From an uncultured delta proteobacterium (lineage in GTDB: Bacteria; Myxococcota_A; Polyangia; Polyangiales; Polyangiaceae), in NCBI GenBank assembly GCA_963806225.1, contig CAWDXG010000002.1, positions 30,787-94,786 of the forward strand: a DNA stretch of 64,000 nt, given 5' to 3'. Each line of letters starts with the position of its first letter. Positions within the stretch are counted from its first letter, which is position 1. Positions 22,703-34,376 of this stretch are shown piece after piece. Under the pieces are notes generated by a model. The model had not been told where the DNA came from, made no database searches, and saw only the letters and a program-made list of their open reading frames with translations. Position numbers and translations under genes: made by a program.

Positions 22703-24856
22703 TCAGTTGCCCGGCGTCGGCATCGCGACCGCCTGCATCGCCACGCCTCCCCCTGGTCGCGGAAAGACCGGCGAGCGCACCAACTTCCGCATCAGAGCGG
22801 CCGTCAGCGCCGGATGGGCGCCCGCGACGTTCGTCGCGTCCGGATCGGGAGCGGTGAGGTCGTAGAGCTCCGGCGCGCCGGAGTCGAGCGTCAGCACCAG
22901 CTTGAACGGTTTGTCGGGCTCGATGATCCCGACGCGCGCCAGGTTCTGCTGCGAGAAACCGGACATCACAAGCGGCAGACGGCGCGGCGGCCGATCCGGC
23001 ACCAGATAGCCGAGCAGGTCCTCGCCCTGGTAGCCGGACATGTCCGGATCCTGGTCGAGGTAGCGCGCCAGAGTCGGCGCCACGTCGACCAGCGAGACCT
23101 TCTCGTCGACGGCGTGAGGCTTCATCCCCGGGATACGGATCGCTAGCGGCACGTGCATCAGGCATTGCCACAGGAACACGCCGTGCACCCAGAAGCCCTC
23201 CCTTCCGAGACCTTCTCCGTGATCGGCGACGAACACCACGATCGTGTTGTCGGAGAGGCCGAGGCGCTTCAGACCGTCGAGCAACCGCTGGAACTGGGCG
23301 TCGATACCGGTGGCCACGGCGCGGTAGCGCCAGTTGAGCCGCCCCTTGTCCGGCACGTGGTAGCGGCGCGCCACGCCGTACACGTAGTCCTTGTCGAGCT
23401 CGCGCCAGTCGTGCTGGTCGAAGTTGAAGACCCACATGAAGAAGGGCTTGTCGGGATGCGAGCGCAACCACGACAGCGAATTGTCGACGAGCCCCCGCGC
23501 GGTGGAGTGATCGGCGCCGTAGCCCCAAACGTCGGTTCGCTCCTCCGAGTAGTCGGGCAGGACAAGCGCCTGGTCGAACTTGAAGGCCGGGTCCAGCTTG
23601 CCGAGGAACTCGTGAGCGGACTTGGCAATCGCGATCACCCGGGTGCGGCCGGTCCGTCGCGCCACCTGGAGAATGCCGTTGCCGTGCGCGGCTCCCCCCT
23701 GGTAGCGACCGCTCGTCAGCGACGGCAGCGCACGCAGTGTGTCGGAACCGCTCGTGTACGCATTGCGGAAGTCGAGCGAGCGGCGGCTGAACGCCACTGC
23801 GTGCGGCATGATCCCGGGATCGGACGCCGCGTCGTAGCGCAACGTGTCCACGTAGTAGACGAGCACGTTGTAGTCGTGACGATCGCCCCGCCAGTGGCGG
23901 ATCGCGGCGCGGAACCCGGGTGCCTCCGACAGAGGGCGCTTCCAGGCCGGGTCTTCCGTGGCGCTACCGCCGTAGCGTTCGCCCAGCGCATCCAGCCGCC
24001 GCATGGCGAGGTTGTTCCAGTCGCGCGGATGGGCCAGCAGTATCTCCGCCGCCTGCTCGCGGCGCAGCATCCGGCCCACGTACACCGGCTTCGTCCACAC
24101 GTGTCCGAGCGCTGTGCCCAACCATACGCGTGCAGGACGCAGCGCGATGAAGGCCAGGCTCCAGGCCAATCCGACGCCGGCCAGGACCCGCACGCCCAGC
24201 AGGGCGCCGCGGCTCCGGATCATCGACAGCAACACGTACGCCGCCAGGAACAGCAGCACGCCGGTCGCAGCCTCGAGCGCGGTGTGCAGCGGCACGTACA
24301 GCGCGACCAGCACATGCAGATCCGCCCAGCTCGCCGCTCCGGCCGCGACAACCAGCGCGAGCACCAGTAGAAGCGCGCGGCGCCGCGCGCCCCCGCGCAA
24401 CGCATCGAGAGTTGACGGCAACGCGCGCGCCAGGGCTCCCGCCGCCAGCGCTGCGGCAGCGATGAGGACATACGGACCGTAGTTGGCGTAGCTCGCCGCG
24501 GACGCTCTCGGTCCACTGAAGGCATAGAACGCCGTGCTCCAGCTGGCCGCCGCCGCCAACGCAGCGTAGAAAATTGTCCCGATGACGCGGGCCAGTCGCG
24601 ACCGGCGCCGTCGCAGCGGCGCAGTCAGCGCGCGCTCGCCGAGCCAGGCGGCCCAGCCGGCACCGCCAGCCAGCGTGCCGACCAATGCGTACAGCGCAAG
24701 CGCGCCGACGAGGTGGCGGACCGCCGGCACGCCGGGGGAGCTGCCGCGCCGAGCCAGATCCAGCGCGACGAAATACCAGGCGGCCGAGACGCCGGCGGCA
24801 ACGAACTCGGCCGGTCGCTGGAGAGTCAACGGCTTGGGCACTTCGAGGCTCGGCAC
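22703..24856 (-). CDS. Membrane-bound sulfatase-like hydrolase/transferase (start uncertain)
   Basis: N-terminal TM bundle; NVLVYYVDTLRYD, ADHGEGLG, HVPL, ELYDL..DP. Confidence 0.85.
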   Translation of the reverse strand: MPSLEVPKPLTLQRPAEFVAAGVSAAWYFVALDLARRGSSPGVPAVRHLVGALALYALVGTLAGGAGWAAWLGERALTAPLRRRRSRLARVIGTIFYAALAAAASWSTAFYAFSGPRASAASYANYGPYVLIAAAALAAGALARALPSTLDALRGGARRRALLLVLALVVAAGAASWADLHVLVALYVPLHTALEAATGVLLFLAAYVLLSMIRSRGALLGVRVLAGVGLAWSLAFIALRPARVWLGTALGHVWTKPVYVGRMLRREQAAEILLAHPRDWNNLAMRRLDALGERYGGSATEDPAWKRPLSEAPGFRAAIRHWRGDRHDYNVLVYYVDTLRYDAASDPGIMPHAVAFSRRSLDFRNAYTSGSDTLRALPSLTSGRYQGGAAHGNGILQVARRTGRTRVIAIAKSAHEFLGKLDPAFKFDQALVLPDYSEERTDVWGYGADHSTARGLVDNSLSWLRSHPDKPFFMWVFNFDQHDWRELDKDYVYGVARRYHVPDKGRLNWRYRAVATGIDAQFQRLLDGLKRLGLSDNTIVVFVADHGEGLGREGFWVHGVFLWQCLMHVPLAIRIPGMKPHAVDEKVSLVDVAPTLARYLDQDPDMSGYQGEDLLGYLVPDRPPRRLPLVMSGFSQQNLARVGIIEPDKPFKLVLTLDSGAPELYDLTAPDPDATNVAGAHPALTAALMRKLVRSPVFPRPGGGVAMQAVAMPTPGN

Positions 24857-24993
24857 TACCCGCCCGCGCGCTGGCACGGCAGTGACCGTGGCAACGCCCA
24901 GAAGCGGTGACGCGCAGCATAGTTCAATGCGACGCGAGCTGTCACCCGCGTGCCAGGTGGACGTTGCACGGCGAGCCGACCGAACCGGTAGCT

Positions 24994-25497
24994 CTAGGCG
25001 AGCGCCGAGCTGTCCTTCGCGACCTTTGCCTGCCGCGCCTGGGACCGGCTTTGGGACCGATCGCGGGGCGTGTCGAAACGAACCCCCACGTCGAGCGCTG
25101 TGTCGCGCGACTGGGCGGCCAGCGTGCCCGCCAGCGCGATGAGATCGTGCCGCGCCGACATCGGCAGCGTAGCCGGTGCGGAGAAGACGAGCCTGCTGCC
25201 CTCCCGGACGCGAAGAACCTGGATCAACGCCCGCGCGACGGCACAACGCGCCGCGAACACCTCGTCGTTGTGCCGCGATCCCGCGGCGATCACGACCGTG
25301 TCGAGGTCTGCTCCGCTGGCGACGACGGCCTCGACTCGACGCGCGGCACGCAACGCGAGCTCTGCGGGTGTTTCGTCGGGCTGCTGCGGAACGACGGCCC
25401 AGTTGACCGGGCGCTGGTCATCCCGCTCGACGAAGTCGGGCCATTCGCCGCCCGCCTCCATCACCACCACACACACTCTCTGACTGCTTTCGTTCAT
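24994..25497 (-). CDS. Hypothetical protein
   Basis: RBS GAGGAGG, upstream sigma54-like promoter, host-like codon use. Confidence 0.7.
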   Translation of the reverse strand: MNESSQRVCVVVMEAGGEWPDFVERDDQRPVNWAVVPQQPDETPAELALRAARRVEAVVASGADLDTVVIAAGSRHNDEVFAARCAVARALIQVLRVREGSRLVFSAPATLPMSARHDLIALAGTLAAQSRDTALDVGVRFDTPRDRSQSRSQARQAKVAKDSSALA

Positions 25498-25521
25498 CTG
25501 CCCTCCTCGGCCCCGCCCCCA

Positions 25522-25537
25522 AGCAGCACTCGTGCCA
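25522..25537 (-). promoter_or_regulatory. Sigma54 -24/-12 promoter
   Basis: TGGCACGAGTGCTGCT matches TGGCACG-N4-TTGCW, 25 bp upstream of the ATG. Confidence 0.6.
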
Positions 25538-25709
25538 CCTGGCCGGACAGCGGCGCTTCGCGCCGCTTCCCATCGATCTATACATACCGTGCGTGTCGAC
25601 CCCGCTCCGCACAGGTTTCAACTGTGTAACATCCATTCGCGCAGCGAGCACGCCACGCCCCGTGCAAGCGCGCAGATTGCTCGCGCTTCCCGGCGCTTGA
25701 CGCGGTGCA

Positions 25710-27686
25710 TTACCGCTCGGGATCGCCCGGCCGGCCCCGGCGCCGGAGCGCCAGACCCAGCAATCCAACCAGAGCGAGCAGCCCCGCGAGCGCGCCGCCC
25801 TGCGCGGGCGCGGTGCGACAGCCGCAACCGCCCGTCTGGCCGGACGTGGCCGAGCCCCGTGACGGCCCGCCGTCGACTCCGCCGTCCACGCCGTTACCCC
25901 CGTCCGACGTGCTGCCGCCGTCGCTCTTCACGCAACTGCCCGCGACGCACACCTCGCCCCCCTGGCAGAAGACGTTCGCGCACGGGTCACCGGTGCACTT
26001 GCCCGTCTTCGGGTCGCAGCTCTGCCCGGTGGGGCAGCTGACCCCGTCGCACAGGCTCACGCATCCGCCCTTCGCCTCGATGCAGGTCTGGCCGGGCGGG
26101 CAGGTCACGCCGTCGCACAGCCCGACGCAGTTGCCCTGGTCATTGCAGTGCTCGCCCGCCGCGCAGGTCTTGTTCAGACACGCTTGCGGCACGCACTGAT
26201 CGGTGTTGCCGCGGTCGCACACCCAGCCCGATGTCGTGCAGCCCACGTCGCCGCTGAAGCAGCTGCACGGCGGGACGCACTTGCCCGCCACACAGTCCTG
26301 CGACGAGGGACACTGCGTCGTCTGGCAAGGGTCGATGCATTTTCCGTCCTGGCAGACCTGGCCCCACGGGCAGGTCACGCCGTCGCAGGCGGGCTTGCAG
26401 GTCTTGCTCACGGGATCGCACACGCTTCCGGGCGGACAGCCGCCGGTACTGCAGTCGTTCGGGATGCACAAAGACCCTTGATCAGTGGACTGGCAGCTGG
26501 AACCGCTGGGGCAGGAGAACTCGCCGCTGCCGCAGCCCTTCACGCACACGCTCGCGTTGCAGAACTCGCCGGCCGGGCACGAGCCCGGCACGCCGTCGCA
26601 GTTCTTGTCCGCGTCGTCGCACGCCTCCGGCGCGCCGGGGTGCACGGAGGGATCGTTGTCGTTGCAGTCGCAGATCTTCGGCGCCTCGGCGCAGTTGCAG
26701 TCGACGTAGTTGTCGCCGTCCTTGTCGGGGCACACGCCCGTGCCCTCCTCGGTCAGGCCGGCGACGGCATCGAGCTCGGCCTCGTTGGAGTCGTAGCCGC
26801 ACTCGGGAAAGTCCTGCCCGTCGTAGCCCGCGACAATCGCCGCGTAGCGGAACGTGATGCCGCACGGCAGCGCGAACACCTGCGCGAACGAATCCTGCTC
26901 CACGGCGTAGTTGGCCGTATCGCCGCAGCTGGCGTGCCCGGTCGGGTCGGGGGCGCGCGTGTTGTACCAGCCGTCGGTGTAGATCTTCTCGAGCACCGCG
27001 CGGTTCCACTTCTGCGGGTCCGCTCCGACGGTGGTCGGCTTCTGGATGATGTCCTGCGAGAGCGGGTTGTCGGTCAGGTAGACCGTGTACTCGATCGACT
27101 CGCAGGGCTGTGGCTCGTGGTCGTTGGTCGCGAAGATCGCCACTCGGTTGGACGGGCCTCCGAGGTCGAAGACCATGCCTTCCCACGGCAGGTAGTTGCC
27201 ACCCTGCCCGTTGGCGACGCAGGTGAAGACGGGGCAACCGTTGGCGTCCAGCGTGTGGGTGGAGGAGCGGCAGGGATGCCACCACAGGTGATCGAGCCCG
27301 GCGACGTACTGCGCCGCTGTCGCGAAATCGTTGGGCGTCGTGTCGCACGTGTACTGCTTGGGGCAGTCGTAGGGCGCCGTGTCGCGCCCGGCGCAGCCCG
27401 CGAAGCTCTCCGGACAGGCGTTGCCCGAGCTGTCCTTCCAGTTCGGATACAGCTTGCCGAACAGCGGCAGGTTGGGTCCGGTCGTGCCGTTCGCGTCCTT
27501 GAAGATGTCGTTGACGACGCCGCCCGCGGTCTGGATGGCGTTGATGCATTTCTGCATGCTGGTCGGCGAGCCCGTTGGGTCCGAGTCGCAGGTGCCGGTC
27601 TGCGCGCGCGCCTGCCCGGCGGTCGCCACGACGGCCAGGGCGGTCACCAGAGCCATCAGTCCCGATCGTGAAAAGAGCGTCGTCAT
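25710..27686 (-). CDS. Cys-rich surface protein with MopE-like metal-binding repeat and MYXO-CTERM
   Basis: Signal peptide; DKDGD...DCNDNDPSVHPGAPEACD; C-terminal GGCGC-TM-RRR. Confidence 0.88.
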   Translation of the reverse strand: MTTLFSRSGLMALVTALAVVATAGQARAQTGTCDSDPTGSPTSMQKCINAIQTAGGVVNDIFKDANGTTGPNLPLFGKLYPNWKDSSGNACPESFAGCAGRDTAPYDCPKQYTCDTTPNDFATAAQYVAGLDHLWWHPCRSSTHTLDANGCPVFTCVANGQGGNYLPWEGMVFDLGGPSNRVAIFATNDHEPQPCESIEYTVYLTDNPLSQDIIQKPTTVGADPQKWNRAVLEKIYTDGWYNTRAPDPTGHASCGDTANYAVEQDSFAQVFALPCGITFRYAAIVAGYDGQDFPECGYDSNEAELDAVAGLTEEGTGVCPDKDGDNYVDCNCAEAPKICDCNDNDPSVHPGAPEACDDADKNCDGVPGSCPAGEFCNASVCVKGCGSGEFSCPSGSSCQSTDQGSLCIPNDCSTGGCPPGSVCDPVSKTCKPACDGVTCPWGQVCQDGKCIDPCQTTQCPSSQDCVAGKCVPPCSCFSGDVGCTTSGWVCDRGNTDQCVPQACLNKTCAAGEHCNDQGNCVGLCDGVTCPPGQTCIEAKGGCVSLCDGVSCPTGQSCDPKTGKCTGDPCANVFCQGGEVCVAGSCVKSDGGSTSDGGNGVDGGVDGGPSRGSATSGQTGGCGCRTAPAQGGALAGLLALVGLLGLALRRRGRPGDPER

Positions 27687-27802
27687 CAAGGATCTCCCGC
27701 TCCAGGATAGCATCCGCGCCCCTTCTACGTCGCGTACGGATCCGTGCCGCAGCGCGGCATGCTGGCTTTACTCCGTCCTCGAAACGCGGCTAGCTGTGCG
27801 CG

Positions 27803-28678
<876 letters not shown>

Positions 28679-28725
28679 CCGGGCTAGGACTTGGCGCGAC
28701 GGCGCCACGCGCCGCTGAAGCCACC

Positions 28726-29340
28726 ATGCGAGCCGATCCCCTCACAGCGTCCCACGGCACCCGGCGCCAGCGCCGCCAACCGTCGTTCCGTATGTCCACC
28801 GGGCAGATGGGGCTGATCGTGCTGCTCATCTCGCTGAGCGTCCTGTTCGCGGCCACGCTGCTCGTCTACATCTTCACCCGCTACGAGAACAACGTCTGGC
28901 GCACCGACCAGGTGCCGGGGCTCCCGATCGGCCTGTTCGCCAGCACCACGATGATCCTGTGCGTGAGCGCCTCGCTGCACCGCGCGATGAAGGCCATCCG
29001 CGCAAACCAGCTGGAGCGCCTCGAGCACTCGCTGATGCTGACGCTGCTGTTCGCCGTCGGCTTTCTGGGCGGGCAGACCTTCAACTGGATCCACATGAGC
29101 GGCGCCCAGCTTCGACCCAACGGCGAGACGCTCTACATCATGACGTTCTTCCTGCTCACTGGACTCCACGCGGTGCACGTCCTGGGCGGCTTCATCCCGC
29201 TGTCCATCGTGACAGTCCGCGCCCGGCGCCGCGAGTACTCGAGCTCCCACTGCGAAGGCATCAAGCTCTGCGCCCAGTACTGGCACTTCCTCGCGATCGT
29301 GTGGCTCGTCATGCTGACGACCATGTTCGTCGTGACGTAG
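28726..29340 (+). CDS. Heme-copper oxidase subunit III (stand-alone)
   Basis: FFLLTGLHAVHVLGG, YWHFLAIVW, five TM. Confidence 0.9.
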   Translation: MRADPLTASHGTRRQRRQPSFRMSTGQMGLIVLLISLSVLFAATLLVYIFTRYENNVWRTDQVPGLPIGLFASTTMILCVSASLHRAMKAIRANQLERLEHSLMLTLLFAVGFLGGQTFNWIHMSGAQLRPNGETLYIMTFFLLTGLHAVHVLGGFIPLSIVTVRARRREYSSSHCEGIKLCAQYWHFLAIVWLVMLTTMFVVT

Positions 29341-29404
29341 CCACTCGCGAAGCGGCGCGCGTGGCGTCGCGGTGCGCACAGCGGCCGCCACGCGCACCGC
29401 GGCT

Positions 29405-30046
29405 CTAGCTCTGCGGCGCTTCCACGTCGAAGGCGACGTGCGCGAGCTCGGTGCCGTCGGCGGCGCGCACCAGCGCGGTCCACTCGCCGCCCTGGTCGAC
29501 CATGCGGGTGCGTCCCCAGGTGCGCCAGCGCGAGCTGTGCGCAGGGACCTTCAGCTTGATGTGGCCCACCGGCTCGTCGCTCGAGTGCTGGAAGTCGACG
29601 GTGATGACCTTGTCGCTGTCGCTCGTGTTGCCGAGCTCGACGAACGCGAACACGGGCCCTTTGCCGGCGACGAGCTGATCCGTGTCGAGCGGCTCGCGGT
29701 GCTTCACGCCGCGCGTGACGACCAGCCGCTTGACCTGGAGCCCCGCCGCCGACGGGTCGCTCGCCGACGGCGCGTCCGCATGCGGCGCGGGATCGGCGGG
29801 CTCGGCCGGTGCGACGTCCGCGTGCACCGCTCCGGCCGGGGTCACCGCGGGTGCTGCCGCGTGCTGGGCGGGCCGTGCGCCCTGCGTACTCTTCGCCGCC
29901 GCGTGCACCGCGGCCGGCTGCTGTCGGCTCGCACCTGTCGGGGCGCGCCCCTGGCAGCCCGCGGACCAGAGCGAGAACCCCAGCGCGAAGCAGGAAACAG
30001 CGAGGGCGGAAGTGGCGGTCCAGCGGATGCGGCGATCGGTGCTCAT
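29405..30046 (-). CDS. DUF2914-like protein
   Basis: GVKHREP, RWRTW, GEWTALVR..DG..L. Confidence 0.75.
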   Translation of the reverse strand: MSTDRRIRWTATSALAVSCFALGFSLWSAGCQGRAPTGASRQQPAAVHAAAKSTQGARPAQHAAAPAVTPAGAVHADVAPAEPADPAPHADAPSASDPSAAGLQVKRLVVTRGVKHREPLDTDQLVAGKGPVFAFVELGNTSDSDKVITVDFQHSSDEPVGHIKLKVPAHSSRWRTWGRTRMVDQGGEWTALVRAADGTELAHVAFDVEAPQS

Positions 30047-30236
30047 GGGTCTTCTCCTCTGCCGGGGTTGCGTCCGGCAGACACCCCTCCAGCAAGCCCC
30101 AGGCCAAGCCGATCCCGCAAGAAACCCACGTGATCGCTTATCGAAGCGTGGGGCTGGACCCACGAGCGTGTGTCGCGGGGAACGCGGCGCCGACCGCCCC
30201 TTCCTATTCCCGCGCTCCTCCGTCATCCTCCCGCCC

Positions 30237-30461
30237 ATGCCCGTCCGCACCTACTACTGGGACTTCTTCGGTCCGCGCGCGCAGCCGACGGCCGAGCACT
30301 TCGTGGAGCACCTTCTGGGCTTCCTTCAGGAAAATGGCCTGGAAGGCTGCGAGACGGGAATGAAGTCCGAAGGGGCCGGACACGCGGCCGCATTCTGCGT
30401 GACGCCAGAGCAACACCAGGGCCCGATCGAGAGCGCGCTCAAGCCGCGGCGCTCGACCTGA
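30237..30461 (+). CDS. Small hypothetical protein
   Basis: MPVRTYYWDFFGPRA...LKPRR; protein-like composition. Confidence 0.65.
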   Translation: MPVRTYYWDFFGPRAQPTAEHFVEHLLGFLQENGLEGCETGMKSEGAGHAAAFCVTPEQHQGPIESALKPRRST

Positions 30462-30515
30462 CGTGCAGCCCGATCAGCAGCCGCACGCCCCCAGCTTTGT
30501 GACATTTCGCTACAC

Positions 30516-30914
30516 TTATGTGGCAAAATGCGACGTATTGGAGCGCGCCAGGTGCACCAGCGCGGCCGTGACGGCGATGGCGAGCTCGGCGAGCGGCTCT
30601 GCGCCGGGCTCCTCGAACACCAGGTAGTCACGGGCGATCACGTCGTAGCGGGGACGGAAGCGCAGCCGGCGTAGCGCCCTGCCCCCGCCCAGATCGAGCG
30701 CGGGGCCGTCGGCGCTCACGTCCTCGGCGAGCGGGCGTCCGTAGCGATGCATGACGCGCTCCAGCGAGCCGTCGGGCAGAGGCATCGCCGGACCGCTGTC
30801 GATACGCACGCTGAGCGCGCCCTGCTCGCGCACCAGATGTGTGCGCTCGAGCCCGCCGTCGTCGCGATGGCGCGTGAGCAGCTCGAGGCCGTCCCTTGCA
30901 GATGGCCCGCCCAT
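30516..30914 (-). CDS. Hypothetical protein coupled to htpG
   Basis: TGATG overlap with the htpG stop. Confidence 0.65.
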   Translation of the reverse strand: MGGPSARDGLELLTRHRDDGGLERTHLVREQGALSVRIDSGPAMPLPDGSLERVMHRYGRPLAEDVSADGPALDLGGGRALRRLRFRPRYDVIARDYLVFEEPGAEPLAELAIAVTAALVHLARSNTSHFAT

Positions 30915-32833
30915 CACTTCGCCCCGGCACTGATCGCCGCCGCGCTGGCCGCGGAAGTGAGCAGATCGGCGAGCCGCCGGGCGAACTCCTCGGGCGCGTC
31001 GATGGGGCTGCCCTCGGCGAGCAGCGCCTGGTCGTAGAGCATCTCGATCCATTCGTCGACGCGCCTGGGCGGTGTGTCCTGCTCGGCGAGCGTGCGCAGG
31101 CTCTTCAGAAGCGGGTGATCGAGGTTCAGCTCGAGGATGCGCTTGGCGGACGGCAGCTCGACCTGCTGCGCCCGCAGCATGCGCTCGATGTGCGGCTCGA
31201 GCGCGCCCTCGGGCTGCACGAGACACGCGGGCGAGTCGGTGAGCCGCTCGGAGGCGCGCACCTCGGCGACGCGATCGCCGAGCACGGTCTTGAAGCGCTC
31301 GAAGAGCGAGCCGGCTTCCTTCGCCTGCTCCTCGACCTTCTTGTGGGTCTCCTCGTCGAGCGGGATATCGGCGTTCATGGCCGAGACGAGCGGCTTTTCC
31401 TGGTAGCTGCCGAGCCCGGAGACGGCGAAGGGATCGACCGTGTCGGTCATGTACAGGACCTCGTAGCCGCGCTTCTCCAGCGCCTCGAGGTGCGGGCTCC
31501 GCGCAAGCCCTTCGCGGTCTGTGCCGGCCGCGTAGTAGATGGCCGTCTGCCCCTCGGCCATGCGCTCCACGTAGGCGTCGAGCGAGTTGAGCCCGCTCTC
31601 CTTCGTGCTTGGATAGCGCAGGAGCTTCGCGATGCGCTCCTTGTACTCGGGGTCGAAGTGCAGCCCTTCCTTGAGCACAGCACCGAAGCTCTCCCAGAAC
31701 TTCGCGTAGTCTTCGGGATGATCCTTCGCCAGCTCGTCCAGCAGATCGAGCGTCTGGATCACGACCTGCTTTTTCATGATGCGGATGGCGCGCGAGTCCT
31801 GCAGGAGCTCGCGCGAGACATTGAGCGGCAGGTCCTCGGAGTCGATGACGCCGCGCACGAACCGGAGCCAGCGCGGCACCAGCTCCTCGCAGTTGTCCAT
31901 CACGAACACGCGGCGGACGTGCAGGCGCACGCCGTGGCGCGGCTCGGGGCCGAACAGGTCCAGCGGGCGCTGGCGCGGAACGAACAAGAGCCCCGCGAAC
32001 ATCTGCGTGCCCTCGATGTGGAAGTGCTTCCAGGCGAGCGGTGGCTCCCAGTCGTGGCCGAGGTGCTTGTAGAACTCCTCGTACTGCTCCTTCGTCACGT
32101 CCTTCGGCTGCCGCTGCCACAGGGCGCTGGCCTGGTTGACGGTCTCGAAGACCTTCTCGGTCTTCTTGTCATCGCCCTCCCCGCTCTGCCTCTCGACCTG
32201 GAGCTGGATCGGATACGAGACGTAGTCGGAGTAGCGGCGCACGAGCTCGCGCAGCCGGAAGCTATCAGCCAGCTCGCGCTGCTCGGGCTTGAGGTGCAGG
32301 ATCACGTCCGTACCGCGCCCCGGGCGCTCGGCCGGCTCGATGCTGAAGGTGTCGCGCGCCTCGCTCGACCAGCGCGAGGCCTCGCTGACGCCGGCGGCGC
32401 GGCTCACGACCTCCACGCGATCGGCAACCAGATACGCACTGTAGAAGCCGACGCCGAACTGGCCAATCAGCTGCAGGCTCTTGTCGTCCTTGCCCTGCGC
32501 CTCTTCCAGCTTCTTGATGAAGTCGCGCGAGCCGGACCAGGCGATGGTGCCGAGGCTCTGCGCCAGCTCCTCGGCGCTCATGCCGATACCGTTGTCGCTG
32601 ACGGTGAGCGTGCCCGCCTCCGGGTCGGGGACGATGCGCACCTCGAGCGTTTCGCCCTCGCCCATCAGCCCGGGCTCCTGGATGGCGCGGAAGCGCAGCT
32701 TGTCGAGCGCGTCGGAAGCGTTCGACACCAGCTCACGCAGGAAGATCTCCTTGTGGCTGTACAGCGAATTGATGACGAGGCGCAGCACCTCGCTCACCTC
32801 GGCCTGGAATCGATGCTCGGTCGCTTCGGTCAT
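30914..32833 (-). CDS. htpG: Chaperone HtpG (Hsp90)
   Basis: [46 protein letters not shown]. Confidence 0.98.
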
Positions 32834-33005
32834 GGCGGGGCGAGATCTAGCTGGTTTCCACCCACCCGCCCACCCCCTCCGTAGTGCTCCTCGAGGCGGC
32901 TCGCCACCCCTCGAGCAGCCCGACGCGCCTCGCTTCGCCCGGCGACGGGCTCGCTATCGCTCGCCGATCCCGGACTGGCGGAAAGGGATGATATCCTGGG
33001 CCGCG

Positions 33006-34376
33006 ATGCGCTGGATTTTCCTCGCTGCGTCGCTGCTTTTCACCGCCTGCGGGGGCCAGCCGGAGGCGGCCACGACGCCCCGGCCGGACACCATCCACGT
33101 GGCGGGGGGCTTCATCCGTGACGCGGACGGGAGGGCGGTCATCCTGCGCGGGGCGAATCTGGCCAACGCGCACAAGCAGTCGCCGTACTTCGGCTTCCAG
33201 CAGCCGCCAGACTACGTACGGGTCAAGCGGCAGTGGGGCATGAACTCGCTGCGCTTCCTGATGAGCTGGGCGGCCATCGAGCCCAAAAAGGGCCAGTACG
33301 ACGACGGCTATATCGACGAGCTGGCGAAGCGCATCGGCTGGGCGCGCGACGCGGGCCTGACCGTGGTGCTCGACATGCACCAGGACGTGTATGGCGAGGG
33401 CTTCGGCGGCGACGGCGCGCCGCGCTGGACCTGCGACGAGTCGCACTACGCGGCGTTCACGCCGGCGAGCCAGTGGTTTCTGGACTACCTCGATCCGAAC
33501 GTGCAGGCGTGCTTCGACCAGCTCTGGTCGTCCGCGGAGCTCCAGCAACACTACGCCGATGCGTGGAAGCGCGTGGCCGAGCGGCTCGCCGACAACGACG
33601 CCGTCATTGGCTTCGACGTGATCAACGAGCCGCACTGGGGCTCGGCGGTCGCGTCGAGCTTCGGCGGAGACAAGCTCGAGCCCTTCTACGAGAAGATCGT
33701 ACCGGCAGTGCGCTCCGTCGCGCCGCACTGGCTAGCCTTCCTCGAGCCGAGCGCGGGACGCAACATCGGCATCTCCACCAGCCTGACGCCCTTCCCCTTT
33801 CCCGACGTGGTGTACGCGCCGCACTCGTACAACTCCGCGGCCGAGCAGGGCAACGGCTTCGACCCCTCTGCACGCAGCGGGCTCATCGCCAACATCAAGG
33901 CGCTTTCCGACGAGGCGCAGGGTCTCGGCGCGGCGCTCTGGATCGGTGAATACGGCGGCCCCGCGTCGTCGCCCGGCATCACGGCGTACATGGATGCGAA
34001 CTACGGCGGCATGGCGGCAGTCGCCGCCGGCAGCGAATACTGGTCGTACGATCGCGACGAGAGCTACGGCATGCTGCACACCGACGGCTCGGAGAAGACC
34101 CAGCTGCTCGACGTGCTGGTGCGGCCGTACCCCGAGCGCGTCGCGGGCGACCCTGTCTCGTACGATTTCGACGACAAGACCGGCACATTCACGCTGACCT
34201 GGCACGCCGATTCCAGCATCAAAGCGCCGACGCTGGTCTCGGTCCCAAAGCGCGCGTACCCGAACGGCTACAGCGTCGAGTGCGGCGGCTGCGACAGCGC
34301 GCAGAAACCGGGCGAGCTGGTCGTGAACAGCGCACCCGCCGCAGATCCGGCGAAGCTGGTGGTCACGCGGAAGTAG
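33006..34376 (+). CDS. GH5 glycoside hydrolase, endoglycoceramidase-like lipoprotein
   Basis: GRAVILRGAN, VVLDMHQD, INEP acid/base, IGEYG nucleophile, RPYPERVAG C-terminal domain. Confidence 0.88.
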   Translation: MRWIFLAASLLFTACGGQPEAATTPRPDTIHVAGGFIRDADGRAVILRGANLANAHKQSPYFGFQQPPDYVRVKRQWGMNSLRFLMSWAAIEPKKGQYDDGYIDELAKRIGWARDAGLTVVLDMHQDVYGEGFGGDGAPRWTCDESHYAAFTPASQWFLDYLDPNVQACFDQLWSSAELQQHYADAWKRVAERLADNDAVIGFDVINEPHWGSAVASSFGGDKLEPFYEKIVPAVRSVAPHWLAFLEPSAGRNIGISTSLTPFPFPDVVYAPHSYNSAAEQGNGFDPSARSGLIANIKALSDEAQGLGAALWIGEYGGPASSPGITAYMDANYGGMAAVAAGSEYWSYDRDESYGMLHTDGSEKTQLLDVLVRPYPERVAGDPVSYDFDDKTGTFTLTWHADSSIKAPTLVSVPKRAYPNGYSVECGGCDSAQKPGELVVNSAPAADPAKLVVTRK

